Source: Pseudomonadota bacterium (GTDB taxonomy: Bacteria > Pseudomonadota > Alphaproteobacteria > Rhodobacterales > Rhodobacteraceae). Taken from it: a stretch of 64,000 nt of DNA. Positions 1 to 9,469 of the stretch are shown here, piece by piece. Position 1 is the stretch's first letter, and each line of letters starts with the position of its first letter. A program made the position numbers and the translations under genes. The notes under the pieces are model-generated. The model saw nothing but the letters and a program-made list of their open reading frames with translations. It was not told where the DNA came from and ran no database searches. The DNA lies in the NCBI GenBank assembly GCA_039193455.1, contig JBCCWO010000012.1, positions 5,311 to 69,310 of the forward strand. The letters are read 5' to 3'.

Positions 1-17
1 TGGGCACGCGCCCGCCG

Positions 18-767
18 TTGCTCAACATGAGCCATGTGGAGAAAACCTTCGCAGGCGATGTGGTGGCCCTGCGCGACATGAACTTGTCGGTGCAGGAGGG
101 TGATTTCATTTCGCTCCTTGGGCCCTCGGGCTGCGGGAAATCCACCGCGCTGCGCCTGATCTCGAACCTGATGCACCCGACCGCCGGCACCATCCGCTGG
201 GTCGGTGGCCAGCAGGGCGCCGATGATCTGGGCGTGGTGTTTCAGGAACCAACCCTCATGCCCTGGGCCACCGTGGCGCAAAACGTCTGGCTACCGTTTC
301 GGTTGCAGGGCAAGACCTACAACGCGGTCAAGGACGACATCCTTGAAGCGTTAAAGCTTGTGGGGCTTGAGAATTTTCAGACCGCCTATCCGCGCGAGCT
401 GTCGGGCGGCATGAAGATGCGTGTCTCCATCGCGCGGGCGATGGTCACGAAACCCCGCCTGATCCTGATGGACGAACCCTTCGCCGCGCTGGATGAGATC
501 ACGCGCTTCAAGCTCAACAACGATCTCTTGGAACTCAAATCCAAGATCGGCTGCACGGTGATCTTCGTCACCCATTCGGTCTTCGAAAGCGTGTTCCTGT
601 CGGACCGCATCGTCGTCATGGCGGCCCGCCCCGGCCGGGTGATCCGCGAATTGACGGTTGACGCGCCCTACCCCCGCAGCGAGGAATTCCGCACCTCTGC
701 CGAATACGCCGCCTTCTGCCGCCAGGCCTCCGACGCCCTGCACGAAGCCATGGAGCTTGCCGCATGA
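18..767 (+). CDS. ABC transporter ATP-binding protein (NitT/TauT-like)
   Basis: Walker A GPSGCGKST, signature LSGGMKMR, Walker B LILMDEPF. The start is TTG 18 or ATG 27. The stop overlaps the next gene (ATGA). Confidence 0.9.
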   Translation: MLNMSHVEKTFAGDVVALRDMNLSVQEGDFISLLGPSGCGKSTALRLISNLMHPTAGTIRWVGGQQGADDLGVVFQEPTLMPWATVAQNVWLPFRLQGKTYNAVKDDILEALKLVGLENFQTAYPRELSGGMKMRVSIARAMVTKPRLILMDEPFAALDEITRFKLNNDLLELKSKIGCTVIFVTHSVFESVFLSDRIVVMAARPGRVIRELTVDAPYPRSEEFRTSAEYAAFCRQASDALHEAMELAA

Positions 768-1624
768 CCATCGCCGACAACGCGCCCCCCGCCGCGCCCC
801 TGGTGGACGAAGAGGAACAGGCCCGCCTGCGCACGGCCCGCATCCACCGCATTGCCAAGTGGACGTTGCCGTCACTCGTGATGGTATTGTCGATCCTGGC
901 CTGGCATCTCTATGTCACCATCGGCGAGGTGCCGCATTACATCCTGCCCGGCCCGGTCTTGGTGGCGCAAAGCCTTGTCGAAGACTGGTCGCTTCTTTGG
1001 CCCGCGATGGTCATCACCTCGCGCCTGACGTTTCTCGCACTGATCATGGCGATCATTGGCGGGGTCGCCCTGGCCGTGGCGTTCACCCAATCGAAATGGG
1101 CCGAGATGTCGTTTTTTCCCTACGCGGTGATCCTGCAGGTGACCCCGGTGATCGCCATCGCGCCGCTGTTGCAGGTCTATGTGGAGTCGGCCTTTGTCGC
1201 CGCGCTGCTCTGCGCCTGGATCGTGGCGTTCTTCCCGATCCTGTCGAACACGACCATCGGTCTCAAATCCGCCGATCACAACCTTTCTGATCTCTTCACC
1301 ATCTACGGCGCCACCCGCTGGCAACGGCTGCGCTTTCTCGCGGCGCCCTCGGCCCTGCCGTTCTTCCTCGGCGGGCTCAAGATCGCCGGTGGGCTCGCGC
1401 TCATCGGTGCCGTGGTGGCCGAGTTCGTGATCGGGCGCGCCGGCACCGGCCTTGGCCTTGCCTCGACCCTGCTCGAGGCTTCCTATCGCTTCAACTTCGG
1501 CCGCCTTTACGCCGCACTCATCCTGATCTCGGCCATGGGCATCGTGATCTTCGCGGTGATGAGCCTCATCTCGCATCTCGCCCTGCGCAAGTGGCACGAG
1601 AGCGCCATCAAGCGGGAGGGTTGA
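764..1624 (+). CDS. ABC transporter permease
   Basis: 286 aa, multi-TM hydrophobic profile, binding-protein-dependent permease look. ATGA overlap upstream and TGATG overlap downstream. Confidence 0.85.
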   Translation: MTIADNAPPAAPLVDEEEQARLRTARIHRIAKWTLPSLVMVLSILAWHLYVTIGEVPHYILPGPVLVAQSLVEDWSLLWPAMVITSRLTFLALIMAIIGGVALAVAFTQSKWAEMSFFPYAVILQVTPVIAIAPLLQVYVESAFVAALLCAWIVAFFPILSNTTIGLKSADHNLSDLFTIYGATRWQRLRFLAAPSALPFFLGGLKIAGGLALIGAVVAEFVIGRAGTGLGLASTLLEASYRFNFGRLYAALILISAMGIVIFAVMSLISHLALRKWHESAIKREG

Positions 1625-2886
1625 TGGCGCTTCCGACCCTTCCTGACGGCCCCCTGACGCTGACCGATGTGACGATCCCCGGATGTTTTCTGGGGCAGGA
1701 CGACCCCCTGATCCGAACGACGCTGTCGATCGCAGACGGCAAGATCACCGATGTCCCGCACCGCCCGGTTCCCATGGGCGGCGCGATGGTGTTGCCGTGC
1801 TTTGTCGACATGCACACCCATCTCGACAAGGGCCATATCTGGCCGCGCTCGCCCAACCCGGACGGCACGTTCCTGGGCGCGCTGACAACCGTGCGCGCCG
1901 ACCACGCCGTCTGGACGCCAGAGGACCTGCGCCCCCGGATCGAGTTTTCGCTGAAAGCCGCCTATGCCCACGGCACCCGCGCGATCCGCACGCATCTGGA
2001 CTCGATGAACGGGCAACACGCCCGCAGCTGGCCGCTCTTTGCCGAAATCCGCAGCGAATGGACGGACCGGATCGACCTGCAGGCGGTGTGTCTGGTCAGT
2101 TGCGAGGGTGTGGACGCCGACGGTGAGTTTGTTCAGATCGCCGACACCGTGGCCCGGATCGGCGGCACGCTCGGCATGGTCAGCTACCCGGTGCCCGATC
2201 TGCAGGATCGGCTGAACCTCTTCTTCGAAATGGCCGCCGCGCGCGGCCTCGCCGCTGATTTCCACGTGGACGAGACGATGGACCCCGGCTCGGAAACCCT
2301 GCGCATGATCGCCCAGACGGCGCTGGCCACCGGTTTCGGCGCACCGGTCGTCGTGGGCCATTGCTGTTCGCTCTCAACACAGGACGAGGCGCGCGCGCTC
2401 GACACGCTCGATCTCGTCGCCAAGGCGGGAGTCCACGTCGTCAGCCTGCCGATGTGCAACCTCTACCTGCAGGACCGGCACGCCCAGCGCACGCCACGGG
2501 GTCGGGGGATTACGCTGGTGCATGAGATGAAGGCCCGCGGCATTCCCGTCGCTTTCGCCTCGGACAACACCCGCGATCCGTTCTATGCTTACGGCGATAT
2601 GGACATGTTGGAAGTGATGCGACAGGCCACCCGGATCGGGCATCTGGACCATTCCGATGCCGACTGGCCGCTGGCCTTTTCGACGACCCCCGCCGCCAGT
2701 TGCGGGTTCGATGCGCCATCGCTTGCCACCGGCGCTCCCGCCGATCTGGTGATCTGCGCGGCCCGCGAATGGACCGAGCTTTTCGCCCGCCCGCAATCTG
2801 ACCGCATCGTCCTACGCGGGGGCCGTGCCATCGACACGACCCTGCCCGACTATGCCGACCTCGACCACCTGATGGAGCCCGCATGA
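1624..2886 (+). CDS. Amidohydrolase, cytosine/creatinine-deaminase-like
   Basis: Metal-ligand motifs CFVDMHTHLDKGHIW and DFHVDE. Start chosen at ATG 1624, overlapping the permease stop. Confidence 0.75.
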   Translation: MALPTLPDGPLTLTDVTIPGCFLGQDDPLIRTTLSIADGKITDVPHRPVPMGGAMVLPCFVDMHTHLDKGHIWPRSPNPDGTFLGALTTVRADHAVWTPEDLRPRIEFSLKAAYAHGTRAIRTHLDSMNGQHARSWPLFAEIRSEWTDRIDLQAVCLVSCEGVDADGEFVQIADTVARIGGTLGMVSYPVPDLQDRLNLFFEMAAARGLAADFHVDETMDPGSETLRMIAQTALATGFGAPVVVGHCCSLSTQDEARALDTLDLVAKAGVHVVSLPMCNLYLQDRHAQRTPRGRGITLVHEMKARGIPVAFASDNTRDPFYAYGDMDMLEVMRQATRIGHLDHSDADWPLAFSTTPAASCGFDAPSLATGAPADLVICAAREWTELFARPQSDRIVLRGGRAIDTTLPDYADLDHLMEPA

Positions 2887-4283
2887 CCCCGAACGTCACC
2901 GCCGCCAAAGAAGCCCTGTCCCATCTCGACATCGAGACCTCAGACGCCGCAATCAAGGCCAATTCCCGCGACTTCTTCTGGTACTCGCCCGTGCTGAAAG
3001 AGCGGCTCGACCATGTGGTCGCCGATTTCGTCGTGCGGCCCCGGAACGAGGCCGAGGTGATCGAAATTCTCAAGACCTGCTATGCCCATGACTGCCCGGT
3101 CACCACGCGGGGCGCAGGCACCGGCAACTACGGCCAGGCGATGCCGCTCTCGGGCGGCTGCGTCATGCATCTGCGCCATATGGATAAGGTGAAAGAGGTG
3201 CACCCGGGCCGCGTGATCTGCGAGCCCGGCGTTCTGCTGAAAGACCTCGATGCCGCCTGCAAGGAGCATTCCGGCCAGGAAATCCGCATGTTTTCCTCTA
3301 CCTGGGCCACCGCCACTATCGGCGGGTTCATCGCAGGTGGATCGGGCGGCGTCGGCTCCTGCACCTGGGGATCGCTTCGGGACCTCGGCAACATCATCCG
3401 CCTGCGCGTTGTCACGATGGAGGAAGAGCCCCGCATCCTCGAATTCCGGGGCGAGGAACTGGCCCGCGTCAGCCATGCCTATGGCACCAACGGGATCATC
3501 ACCGAAATCGAGATGCCGCTGGCCCCGGCCTATGACTGGGTCGAGATGTTCGTGACCTTCAACGACTTCACCCCGGCGATGGAGTTTGCCGAAGAACTGG
3601 CCAACGAAGACGGCATCCTCATCAAGCTCGCCACCGTGTTCGAGGCCCCCGTCGCGCATGAGTATTTCCAACGGGTGAAACCCTATGTCGAGCCCGGCGA
3701 TCATATGCTGGGCCTGATGGTGGCTCGCCACTCGATGGAGGGATTCCTCACCTTCCTTGGCCGCCGCCCGGGTGCCAAGGTGATCTACCGTTCCGACGAC
3801 AACGACTGGGCCCGTGGGCCGGGGCCGGTCTTTGAATATGGCTGGAACCACACCACCCTGCGCGCGCTGAAGGTGGACCCGTCGATCACCTACCTGCAGG
3901 TTCGCTACGGGTTCCCGCAGCACAAGGAGCTGGTCGAAAAGATGCGGGCAGAGTTTTCGCCCGAGGTGCTGCAGCATCTCGAGGTGTTGCGCGAAGGCGG
4001 TAAGGTGATCTTCGCCGGGCTCAGCCTCGTGAAGTTCACGACCGAGGAACGGCTGGATGAGATCATCCGCATCCACGAAGAGGCCGGCGCGATGATCTTC
4101 AACCCGCACCGCTATACGCTGGAAGAAGGCGGGCGGCAGACGGTGGATGACCGGCAGTTGAAGTTCAAGCAGGAGGCGGATCCGAAGGGCCTTCTGAACC
4201 CCGGCAAGATGATCGCTTGGGATGTCCCGGATTGGGACTATTCGCGCATGTACAGCTACGCCAGGCTGCAGGCGGCGGAATGA
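2883..4283 (+). CDS. FAD-binding oxidoreductase (FAD-linked oxidase family)
   Basis: 466 aa with FAD-binding loop TTRGAGTGNYGQAMP. ATGA overlap with the upstream gene. Confidence 0.75.
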   Translation: MTPNVTAAKEALSHLDIETSDAAIKANSRDFFWYSPVLKERLDHVVADFVVRPRNEAEVIEILKTCYAHDCPVTTRGAGTGNYGQAMPLSGGCVMHLRHMDKVKEVHPGRVICEPGVLLKDLDAACKEHSGQEIRMFSSTWATATIGGFIAGGSGGVGSCTWGSLRDLGNIIRLRVVTMEEEPRILEFRGEELARVSHAYGTNGIITEIEMPLAPAYDWVEMFVTFNDFTPAMEFAEELANEDGILIKLATVFEAPVAHEYFQRVKPYVEPGDHMLGLMVARHSMEGFLTFLGRRPGAKVIYRSDDNDWARGPGPVFEYGWNHTTLRALKVDPSITYLQVRYGFPQHKELVEKMRAEFSPEVLQHLEVLREGGKVIFAGLSLVKFTTEERLDEIIRIHEEAGAMIFNPHRYTLEEGGRQTVDDRQLKFKQEADPKGLLNPGKMIAWDVPDWDYSRMYSYARLQAAE

Positions 4284-4305
4284 GCGCATCGCCGCAACGT
4301 CGACC

Positions 4306-4352
4306 GGGGGCTGTCTGCCCCCTGGCCCCCCGAGGATGTTTCGGGACCAAAG
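4306..4352 (+). repeat. REP-like intergenic repeat, copy A
   Basis: GGGGGCTGTCTGCCCCCTGGCCCCCCGAGGATGTTTCGGGACCAAAGA aligns with copies at 14485, 21036, 57864 and 63694. Confidence 0.6.
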
Positions 4353-4362
4353 AGGAGTGCCA

Positions 4363-4944
4363 GTGACCCGCGCCCTCGTCCTTTTCGCCCATCCCTGCCC
4401 CGAAAGCTTTTCGGCATCGCTGCACACGGCAGTGGTCGAAGAGTTGGAGCGCAAGGGCTGGGACGTGGACGATTGCGATCTGAACGCCGAGGGGTTTTCC
4501 CCCGTCCTGACCGAGGCGGAGCGGCGTGGCTATCACACCGAGCCCGACAATATCGGCCCGGTGCAGAGTTACGTCGATCGGGTGCGGGCGGCCGAGGCGC
4601 TGGTGATGGTCTATCCGGTCTGGAACTTCGGCTATCCTGCTATTCTCAAAGGGTTTCTCGACCGCGTCTTCTTGCCCGGCGTGTCGTTCAAACTGGTGGA
4701 TGGCAAGGTGAAACCGAACCTCACCCAGATCAAACGCCTGGCCGCCGTCACGACCTATGGCGGAACCCGCATGCGCGCGTTACTGGTGGGGGACCCGCCG
4801 CGGAAATGCGTCACGCGTGCGGTCTGGCATGTCTGCCGGCCGATGAAGACGCGGTACCTGGCGCTTTACGATATGAACCGCGCGACCGACAGCCAGCGCG
4901 GCGCGTTCCTGACAAAGGTCCGGCGTGAGATGGAGGCATTCTGA
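4363..4944 (+). CDS. NAD(P)H dehydrogenase (quinone), flavodoxin-like fold
   Basis: GTG 4363 is preceded by AGAGGAG. Motifs ALVLFAHPCPESF and YPVWNFGYPAILKGFLDRVF. The longer ORF from 4222 reads through the repeat. Confidence 0.7.
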   Translation: MTRALVLFAHPCPESFSASLHTAVVEELERKGWDVDDCDLNAEGFSPVLTEAERRGYHTEPDNIGPVQSYVDRVRAAEALVMVYPVWNFGYPAILKGFLDRVFLPGVSFKLVDGKVKPNLTQIKRLAAVTTYGGTRMRALLVGDPPRKCVTRAVWHVCRPMKTRYLALYDMNRATDSQRGAFLTKVRREMEAF

Positions 4945-5568
4945 ATGCAGGCGCTCGTGGTTTATTGCCACCCCAAACCGCAAAGCTTCACCGCTGCGGT
5001 GCGCGACACGGTGATCGCCCGGCTGGAGGCCGCGGGGGCGGAAGTGCGCCTCTTCGATCTTTATGCCCAGGGCTTTGATCCACGACTGACGGCGGTGGAC
5101 TTTGACGCCTACGAGGACGAGGCGGTCAATTGCACCGGGATCGAGGATGAGGTCGCGGCGCTGCGCTGGTGCGATACGCTGATCTTCGTCTACCCGACCT
5201 GGTGGTACGGGCTGCCCGCGATGCTGAAAGGGTGGCTCGACCGGGTGCTGGTGCCCGGCGTGGCCTTTGCCATGCCCGACGCGCAGGGCAACATCAAACC
5301 CTGCATGACCCATATCACCCGGCTGGGCGTGTTTACGACCTGCGGGGCCAGCTTCTGGCTCACCCGGTTCATCGGGGCGCCGGGCAAACGCACCCTGATG
5401 CGCGGCTTGCGCCTGTTATGCGCCAAACGCTGCCGGACGGTCTTTGCCGCGCATTACCTGATGGACAGCTCCACCGATGACAGTCGGAGCGCGCATCTGA
5501 TGCGGGTCGCGGCCAAGGCAGACAAGCTGATCGGCGCCCGCCCGGTCCGGGCCGAGGCGGTGGCATGA
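4945..5568 (+). CDS. NAD(P)H dehydrogenase (quinone), flavodoxin-like fold (paralogue)
   Basis: Motifs ALVVYCHPKPQSF and YPTWWYGLPAMLKGWLDRV. The ATG immediately follows the upstream TGA. Confidence 0.75.
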   Translation: MQALVVYCHPKPQSFTAAVRDTVIARLEAAGAEVRLFDLYAQGFDPRLTAVDFDAYEDEAVNCTGIEDEVAALRWCDTLIFVYPTWWYGLPAMLKGWLDRVLVPGVAFAMPDAQGNIKPCMTHITRLGVFTTCGASFWLTRFIGAPGKRTLMRGLRLLCAKRCRTVFAAHYLMDSSTDDSRSAHLMRVAAKADKLIGARPVRAEAVA

Positions 5569-6485
5569 TCCCGGTTCTCGACTGGGCGGTGTTCGGGGCA
5601 GACCCGCAGGGCTTCGCCGCCGATCTGGGCCGGGCATTCCGCGAGACGGGGTTTGCGATCCTGATGAACCCGTCGGTGCCCGAGGCCTTGCGGGCAGAGG
5701 TCTTCGCGCAATCGGACGCCTTCTTTGCCCTGCCCCGCGCCGAGAAGGCGGCGGTGTCGATCCTCAACACCCCGCATTATCGCGGCTGGGGCAAGCCGGG
5801 GGACGAAAGCCTGGATGAGACCCGGCCCGAGGTCGACACGAAAGAGACGTTCAACATCGGCTATGACATGGCGCCGGAAGATCCCCGTGTCGTCGCCTGG
5901 GAGCCCTTTCGGGGCGTGAACCAATGGCCCGATCTGCCCGGCTTTCGCGGCACGATGCTGGCCTATTATGATGCGGCGCTGGCCCAGGGCGTGGCGCTGC
6001 ACCGGGCCATCGCGCTGGATCTGGGGCTGGCCGAGGATCATTTCGCGGGGGCGTTTGAGGATCCCCTGGCCGCGCTCCGCCTGCTGCATTACCCGCCCGC
6101 CACGGGCGCCGCGAATGAGATCGGCGCGGGTGCGCATTCGGATTACGGGGCGATCACGCTTTTGATGACCGATGGCGAGCCGGGGTTGCAGGTCAAGCCC
6201 CGCACCGGTGACTGGATCGACGTGCCGCATATTCCGGGCGCCTATGTGGTCAATATCGGCGACTGCATGATGCGCTGGACCAATGACATCTATGTCTCGA
6301 CCCCGCACCGCGTGCTGCCGCCCCAGCGCACCCGCCGCTCGGTCGCGATGTTTATCGAGGCCAACCCCGATCAGATCATCGCCGCCTTGCCCGGTACCGG
6401 CACCCCCAAGTATCCGCCGATCCGGGCCGCCGATTACCTGACCTCGCGGCTCGAGGCGACCTATGCCCCGAAAGAGGCGTCATGA
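5565..6485 (+). CDS. 2-oxoglutarate/Fe(II)-dependent oxygenase (isopenicillin N synthase family)
   Basis: HxD...H facial triad in GAHSDYGAITLL and VSTPHRV. ATGA overlaps on both sides. Confidence 0.8.
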   Translation: MIPVLDWAVFGADPQGFAADLGRAFRETGFAILMNPSVPEALRAEVFAQSDAFFALPRAEKAAVSILNTPHYRGWGKPGDESLDETRPEVDTKETFNIGYDMAPEDPRVVAWEPFRGVNQWPDLPGFRGTMLAYYDAALAQGVALHRAIALDLGLAEDHFAGAFEDPLAALRLLHYPPATGAANEIGAGAHSDYGAITLLMTDGEPGLQVKPRTGDWIDVPHIPGAYVVNIGDCMMRWTNDIYVSTPHRVLPPQRTRRSVAMFIEANPDQIIAALPGTGTPKYPPIRAADYLTSRLEATYAPKEAS

Positions 6486-7276
6486 CCCGCCGCCTTGACT
6501 GGGCCCAGTACCGCACGACCGAATATGCGGATATCGACCCGATGCGCACGGTTGCGATCCTGCCCACGGCGGCGATCGAACAGCACGGGCCGCACCTGCC
6601 GGTGGGGACCGATACGATGATCGCGGAAGGCATGCTCGCACGGCTGCGCGAGACTTGCCCCGACGATCTCGATATCCGCATTCTGCCGGTGCAGGCGGTG
6701 GGCAAGTCGAACGAGCATATCCATGCGCCCGGCACGCTGACCCTAAGTGCCCAGATCGCACTGGCCGCCTGGCAGGAGATCGGGCTGAGCGTGGCACGCG
6801 CGGGTGTGCGCAAGCTGGTGATCGTGAACAGCCATGGCGGCAACCTTGATCTCGTCTCGATCCTGAGCCGCGAGTTGCGGGTGCGTGCAGGCATGCTGGC
6901 GGTGAAATGCCAATGGGGGGCGTTTGGCCACCCCGACGGGATGTATCCCGCGCAAGAGCTGGCCTACGGCATCCATGGCGGCGATGTGGAAACCTCGCTC
7001 ATGCTGCAATTCCGGCCCGAGACGGTGGATATGGGGGCCGCACTGAACAACCGCTCAACGGCCGAGGACACGGCGATCCCCCCCATCGGGCCGGTGTCCT
7101 ATGGCTGGGTCTCGCGTGATCTGAACCCGGTGGGCACGGTGGGCGATGCGAGCGTGGCCACGGCCGAGAAAGGCGCAGCGACCTGCGCCCATCAGGTGGC
7201 GGGATTCATCGATCTCTTGCGCGATGTGGTGGCGACACCGCTTGACGGTTTGGAACCGACGATGCCGGCGGTCTGA
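6482..7276 (+). CDS. Creatininase-family amidase
   Basis: Motifs AIEQHGPHLPVGTD and VNSHGGN, typical of the creatinine amidohydrolase family. Confidence 0.8.
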   Translation: MTRRLDWAQYRTTEYADIDPMRTVAILPTAAIEQHGPHLPVGTDTMIAEGMLARLRETCPDDLDIRILPVQAVGKSNEHIHAPGTLTLSAQIALAAWQEIGLSVARAGVRKLVIVNSHGGNLDLVSILSRELRVRAGMLAVKCQWGAFGHPDGMYPAQELAYGIHGGDVETSLMLQFRPETVDMGAALNNRSTAEDTAIPPIGPVSYGWVSRDLNPVGTVGDASVATAEKGAATCAHQVAGFIDLLRDVVATPLDGLEPTMPAV

Positions 7277-7313
7277 GACGGGCACCGGTGCGCGGTTTGC
7301 AAGGGTGGCGTGT

Positions 7314-7335
7314 GAGTATTTTTGCCAAGATGAAG
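7314..7335 (+). repeat. REP-like intergenic repeat, partial copy B
   Basis: GAGTATTTTTGCCAAGATGAAG matches GAGTATTTCTGCCAAGATGAAAG at 57904-57926. Confidence 0.45.
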
Positions 7336-7681
7336 TAGCACCGTACGCTGGGGCTACCGTCCGCTAACCAAGCCCGCCTAAAACCCCCAACCGAAGCTTC
7401 CTGGCGCGGGATGGGGCGACACCCCGACCACGCCTGACCCTTGGACGCCGGCCTCTGACCCGAGGCTGTCCGCCCAGGCCGCCGCATCCGGAGACGGGTG
7501 CACCAGGACATCGGGGGACACCCCGTCGGCGCTGCCAACCCTTGGCGGGCCCGTCATTTGGAAAGACAGCGATATGCACCACGACCCGGGCCGCCAGAGA
7601 GGCAGCGCCGGGCGGGGGTGCGTGAAGATGGGGCGACGGCCATGCGGGTTGGGTTCGGAGCGATCCTTGCCTTACCGCCCA

Positions 7682-8386
7682 TCACGATGCGGACGCCCGA
7701 CTGACAACATCTGCGATGATGGACGTGGTCTCCGATGGCTTTGCAAGCGGGGTGTAGTGACCGCACTCGTCGATCACGTGGAGTTGTGCTGAAGGGGCCA
7801 ACGCGGTGAGCCGTCGCGCATAGGCCAGCCCCGGGAACGCGTCCAACGCACCAGACACGACATGGATCGGACTGGTACTGGTTTCCACAACGTCTTCACG
7901 ACTTGCCCGGGTGTGAAACGCCGCAACGCCGTTCATCAGGTCCTTTGGCGATTGTTCCATCGCGATCGCTCGGCACCGTTCCCGAGCGGCCGTGTGGTTT
8001 GGCAGTTCAAAAAGCGGCTCCCAAAACCGTTCCCAAGCTGCGGCAACGCCCTGTGTCTCAATCGTTTTCAACGCTTCGGTGGCACTCTCTGGTTCAGGAT
8101 CGTGCCGGGCCTTGGTGCCGATGAGAACGGATGCCGCGACACGCTCTGGCGCGAGCCTGAGAATTTCAAGCGCGCACGACCCGCCCACAGAGCACCCGAC
8201 CACCACAAGCCGCTTCGCCGGGACATGTTTCAGGCACTGCTCGGCCCATTGCTGGAGGTTATCGCCGAGTTTGTAGAGATCGGGCGCGTAGGTCCGCTCT
8301 GGCAAGAGCGCGCGCTGGCTTTCCCACATCCGGCCATCCAGTGGCAGCGCATGGAGAAGAAGAAGCCCAAGGTCGGAACGCGTCAT
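7682..8386 (-). CDS. Alpha/beta hydrolase
   Basis: Nucleophile elbow GCSVGG and C-terminal DECGHY. Start taken at internal ATG 8386. The ORF is open to 8458, which lies 29 nt from the tRNA. Confidence 0.7.
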   Translation of the reverse strand: MTRSDLGLLLLHALPLDGRMWESQRALLPERTYAPDLYKLGDNLQQWAEQCLKHVPAKRLVVVGCSVGGSCALEILRLAPERVAASVLIGTKARHDPEPESATEALKTIETQGVAAAWERFWEPLFELPNHTAARERCRAIAMEQSPKDLMNGVAAFHTRASREDVVETSTSPIHVVSGALDAFPGLAYARRLTALAPSAQLHVIDECGHYTPLAKPSETTSIIADVVSRASAS

Positions 8387-8486
8387 TTCCCAACCGTAAC
8401 AGTCGCCGCCCCAACTGTCCGCGCTGTTCCCGCAGGCACTTAGGAGCCAGCGAAACAAAGGCCCGTTCGACCCATTGGATGAAAAG

Positions 8487-8562
<76 letters not shown>

Positions 8563-8597
8563 AACGGCGCGGGTTGTGGGCCACGGGCTGGGTGCTG

Positions 8598-9287
8598 TCA
8601 AGCGGTGGGGCGGCGGGCGATGAGCGCGGTATGGGCGTGCAGGCTGCGCCAGGGGCCCGGGCCAAAGGGGTGTAGCGCCGCGCGCAGCGCCGCCTCCATG
8701 GGCGCGCGCCGGTCGCCCAGCTTTTCGGCCGTGCTGCCGGAACGCGACAGGACATATCCCAGAAACGCGGCGAAGCTCCATGTGTGCCAGCACAGCACAG
8801 AGATCTCGACAAGGTCCGAGAAGGGCGAGGCGAGCAAGACCTCTTCATGCGCGGCATAGGCGTCGGAATAGCGGTGCGTGGCACAGGCATCCATCACCGA
8901 AAACTCCCGCGCGACGGCGTTGGCGGCCCGGTACCAGGCATTGGCGCCGGTGTCGCGCACCTTGTCGCCAAGGAGTGCAACAGCCCCACCGGGTTCTGTG
9001 ATCGTGTCGAGCGCGCCCAGCGTCGCGGCCCGGTCCATCCAGTGAAACGACCGCCCCATGGTCGTCAAACGCACCGGAGCGGGGACGATGGACAGATCGT
9101 ATGAACTTCCCACCAGATAGGTGGCGTTCACTGGCGCCTCGACCCGTGCGGCGGCGACCATCGCGTCGCTCGGATCGACGCCGACCACCTGGCCGACGCG
9201 ATCCGCGACGGCGTTGCCAATGAACCCCGGACCGCAGCCGAGATCGAGCAGCGTTGCCTCAGCGCCTGTTCCCGTCTCGTCCAGCAT
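8598..9287 (-). CDS. Class I SAM-dependent methyltransferase
   Basis: Motif I LLDLGCGPGF. The frame stays open and protein-like upstream to 9383 with no canonical start (see finding). Confidence 0.8.
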   Translation of the reverse strand: MLDETGTGAEATLLDLGCGPGFIGNAVADRVGQVVGVDPSDAMVAAARVEAPVNATYLVGSSYDLSIVPAPVRLTTMGRSFHWMDRAATLGALDTITEPGGAVALLGDKVRDTGANAWYRAANAVAREFSVMDACATHRYSDAYAAHEEVLLASPFSDLVEISVLCWHTWSFAAFLGYVLSRSGSTAEKLGDRRAPMEAALRAALHPFGPGPWRSLHAHTALIARRPTA

Positions 9288-9469
9288 CCGCGTCAGAAGA
9301 TGTGGCGCATAGCGCAGGCGGTGAGCGATGTAGCGGTCGACGGCGCTGTCGAACCGGTCGGGCAGGTAGGGGGCGACGGTTATGGCGGGGTCCTTTCGGG
9401 GCCCAGCCTAGCCGCGGCGTGTCAGAGTTCTGTGACGCGCTTGTCGGTGTCCGGGCCAAGGGTTCGCGC

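Noticed and set aside
2940-4454. 504-aa ORF on the minus strand opposite the FAD oxidase gene.
   Set aside because: It is a typical high-GC antisense shadow ORF: Arg/Ala/Gly/Pro-rich with no motifs. The plus-strand frame carries a clear FAD-binding motif and operon coupling.
7277-7681. An unusually long (405 bp) convergent intergenic region. It contains an 11-nt direct repeat GATGGGGCGAC (7410-7420 and 7627-7637). I considered a riboswitch, an sRNA or a decayed gene.
   Set aside because: I could find no conserved riboswitch core (for example no B12 box or SAM motifs), no promoter/terminator pair and no protein-like frame. One 11-mer repeat is only weakly significant. It might merit an RNA-seq look, but I cannot support a call.
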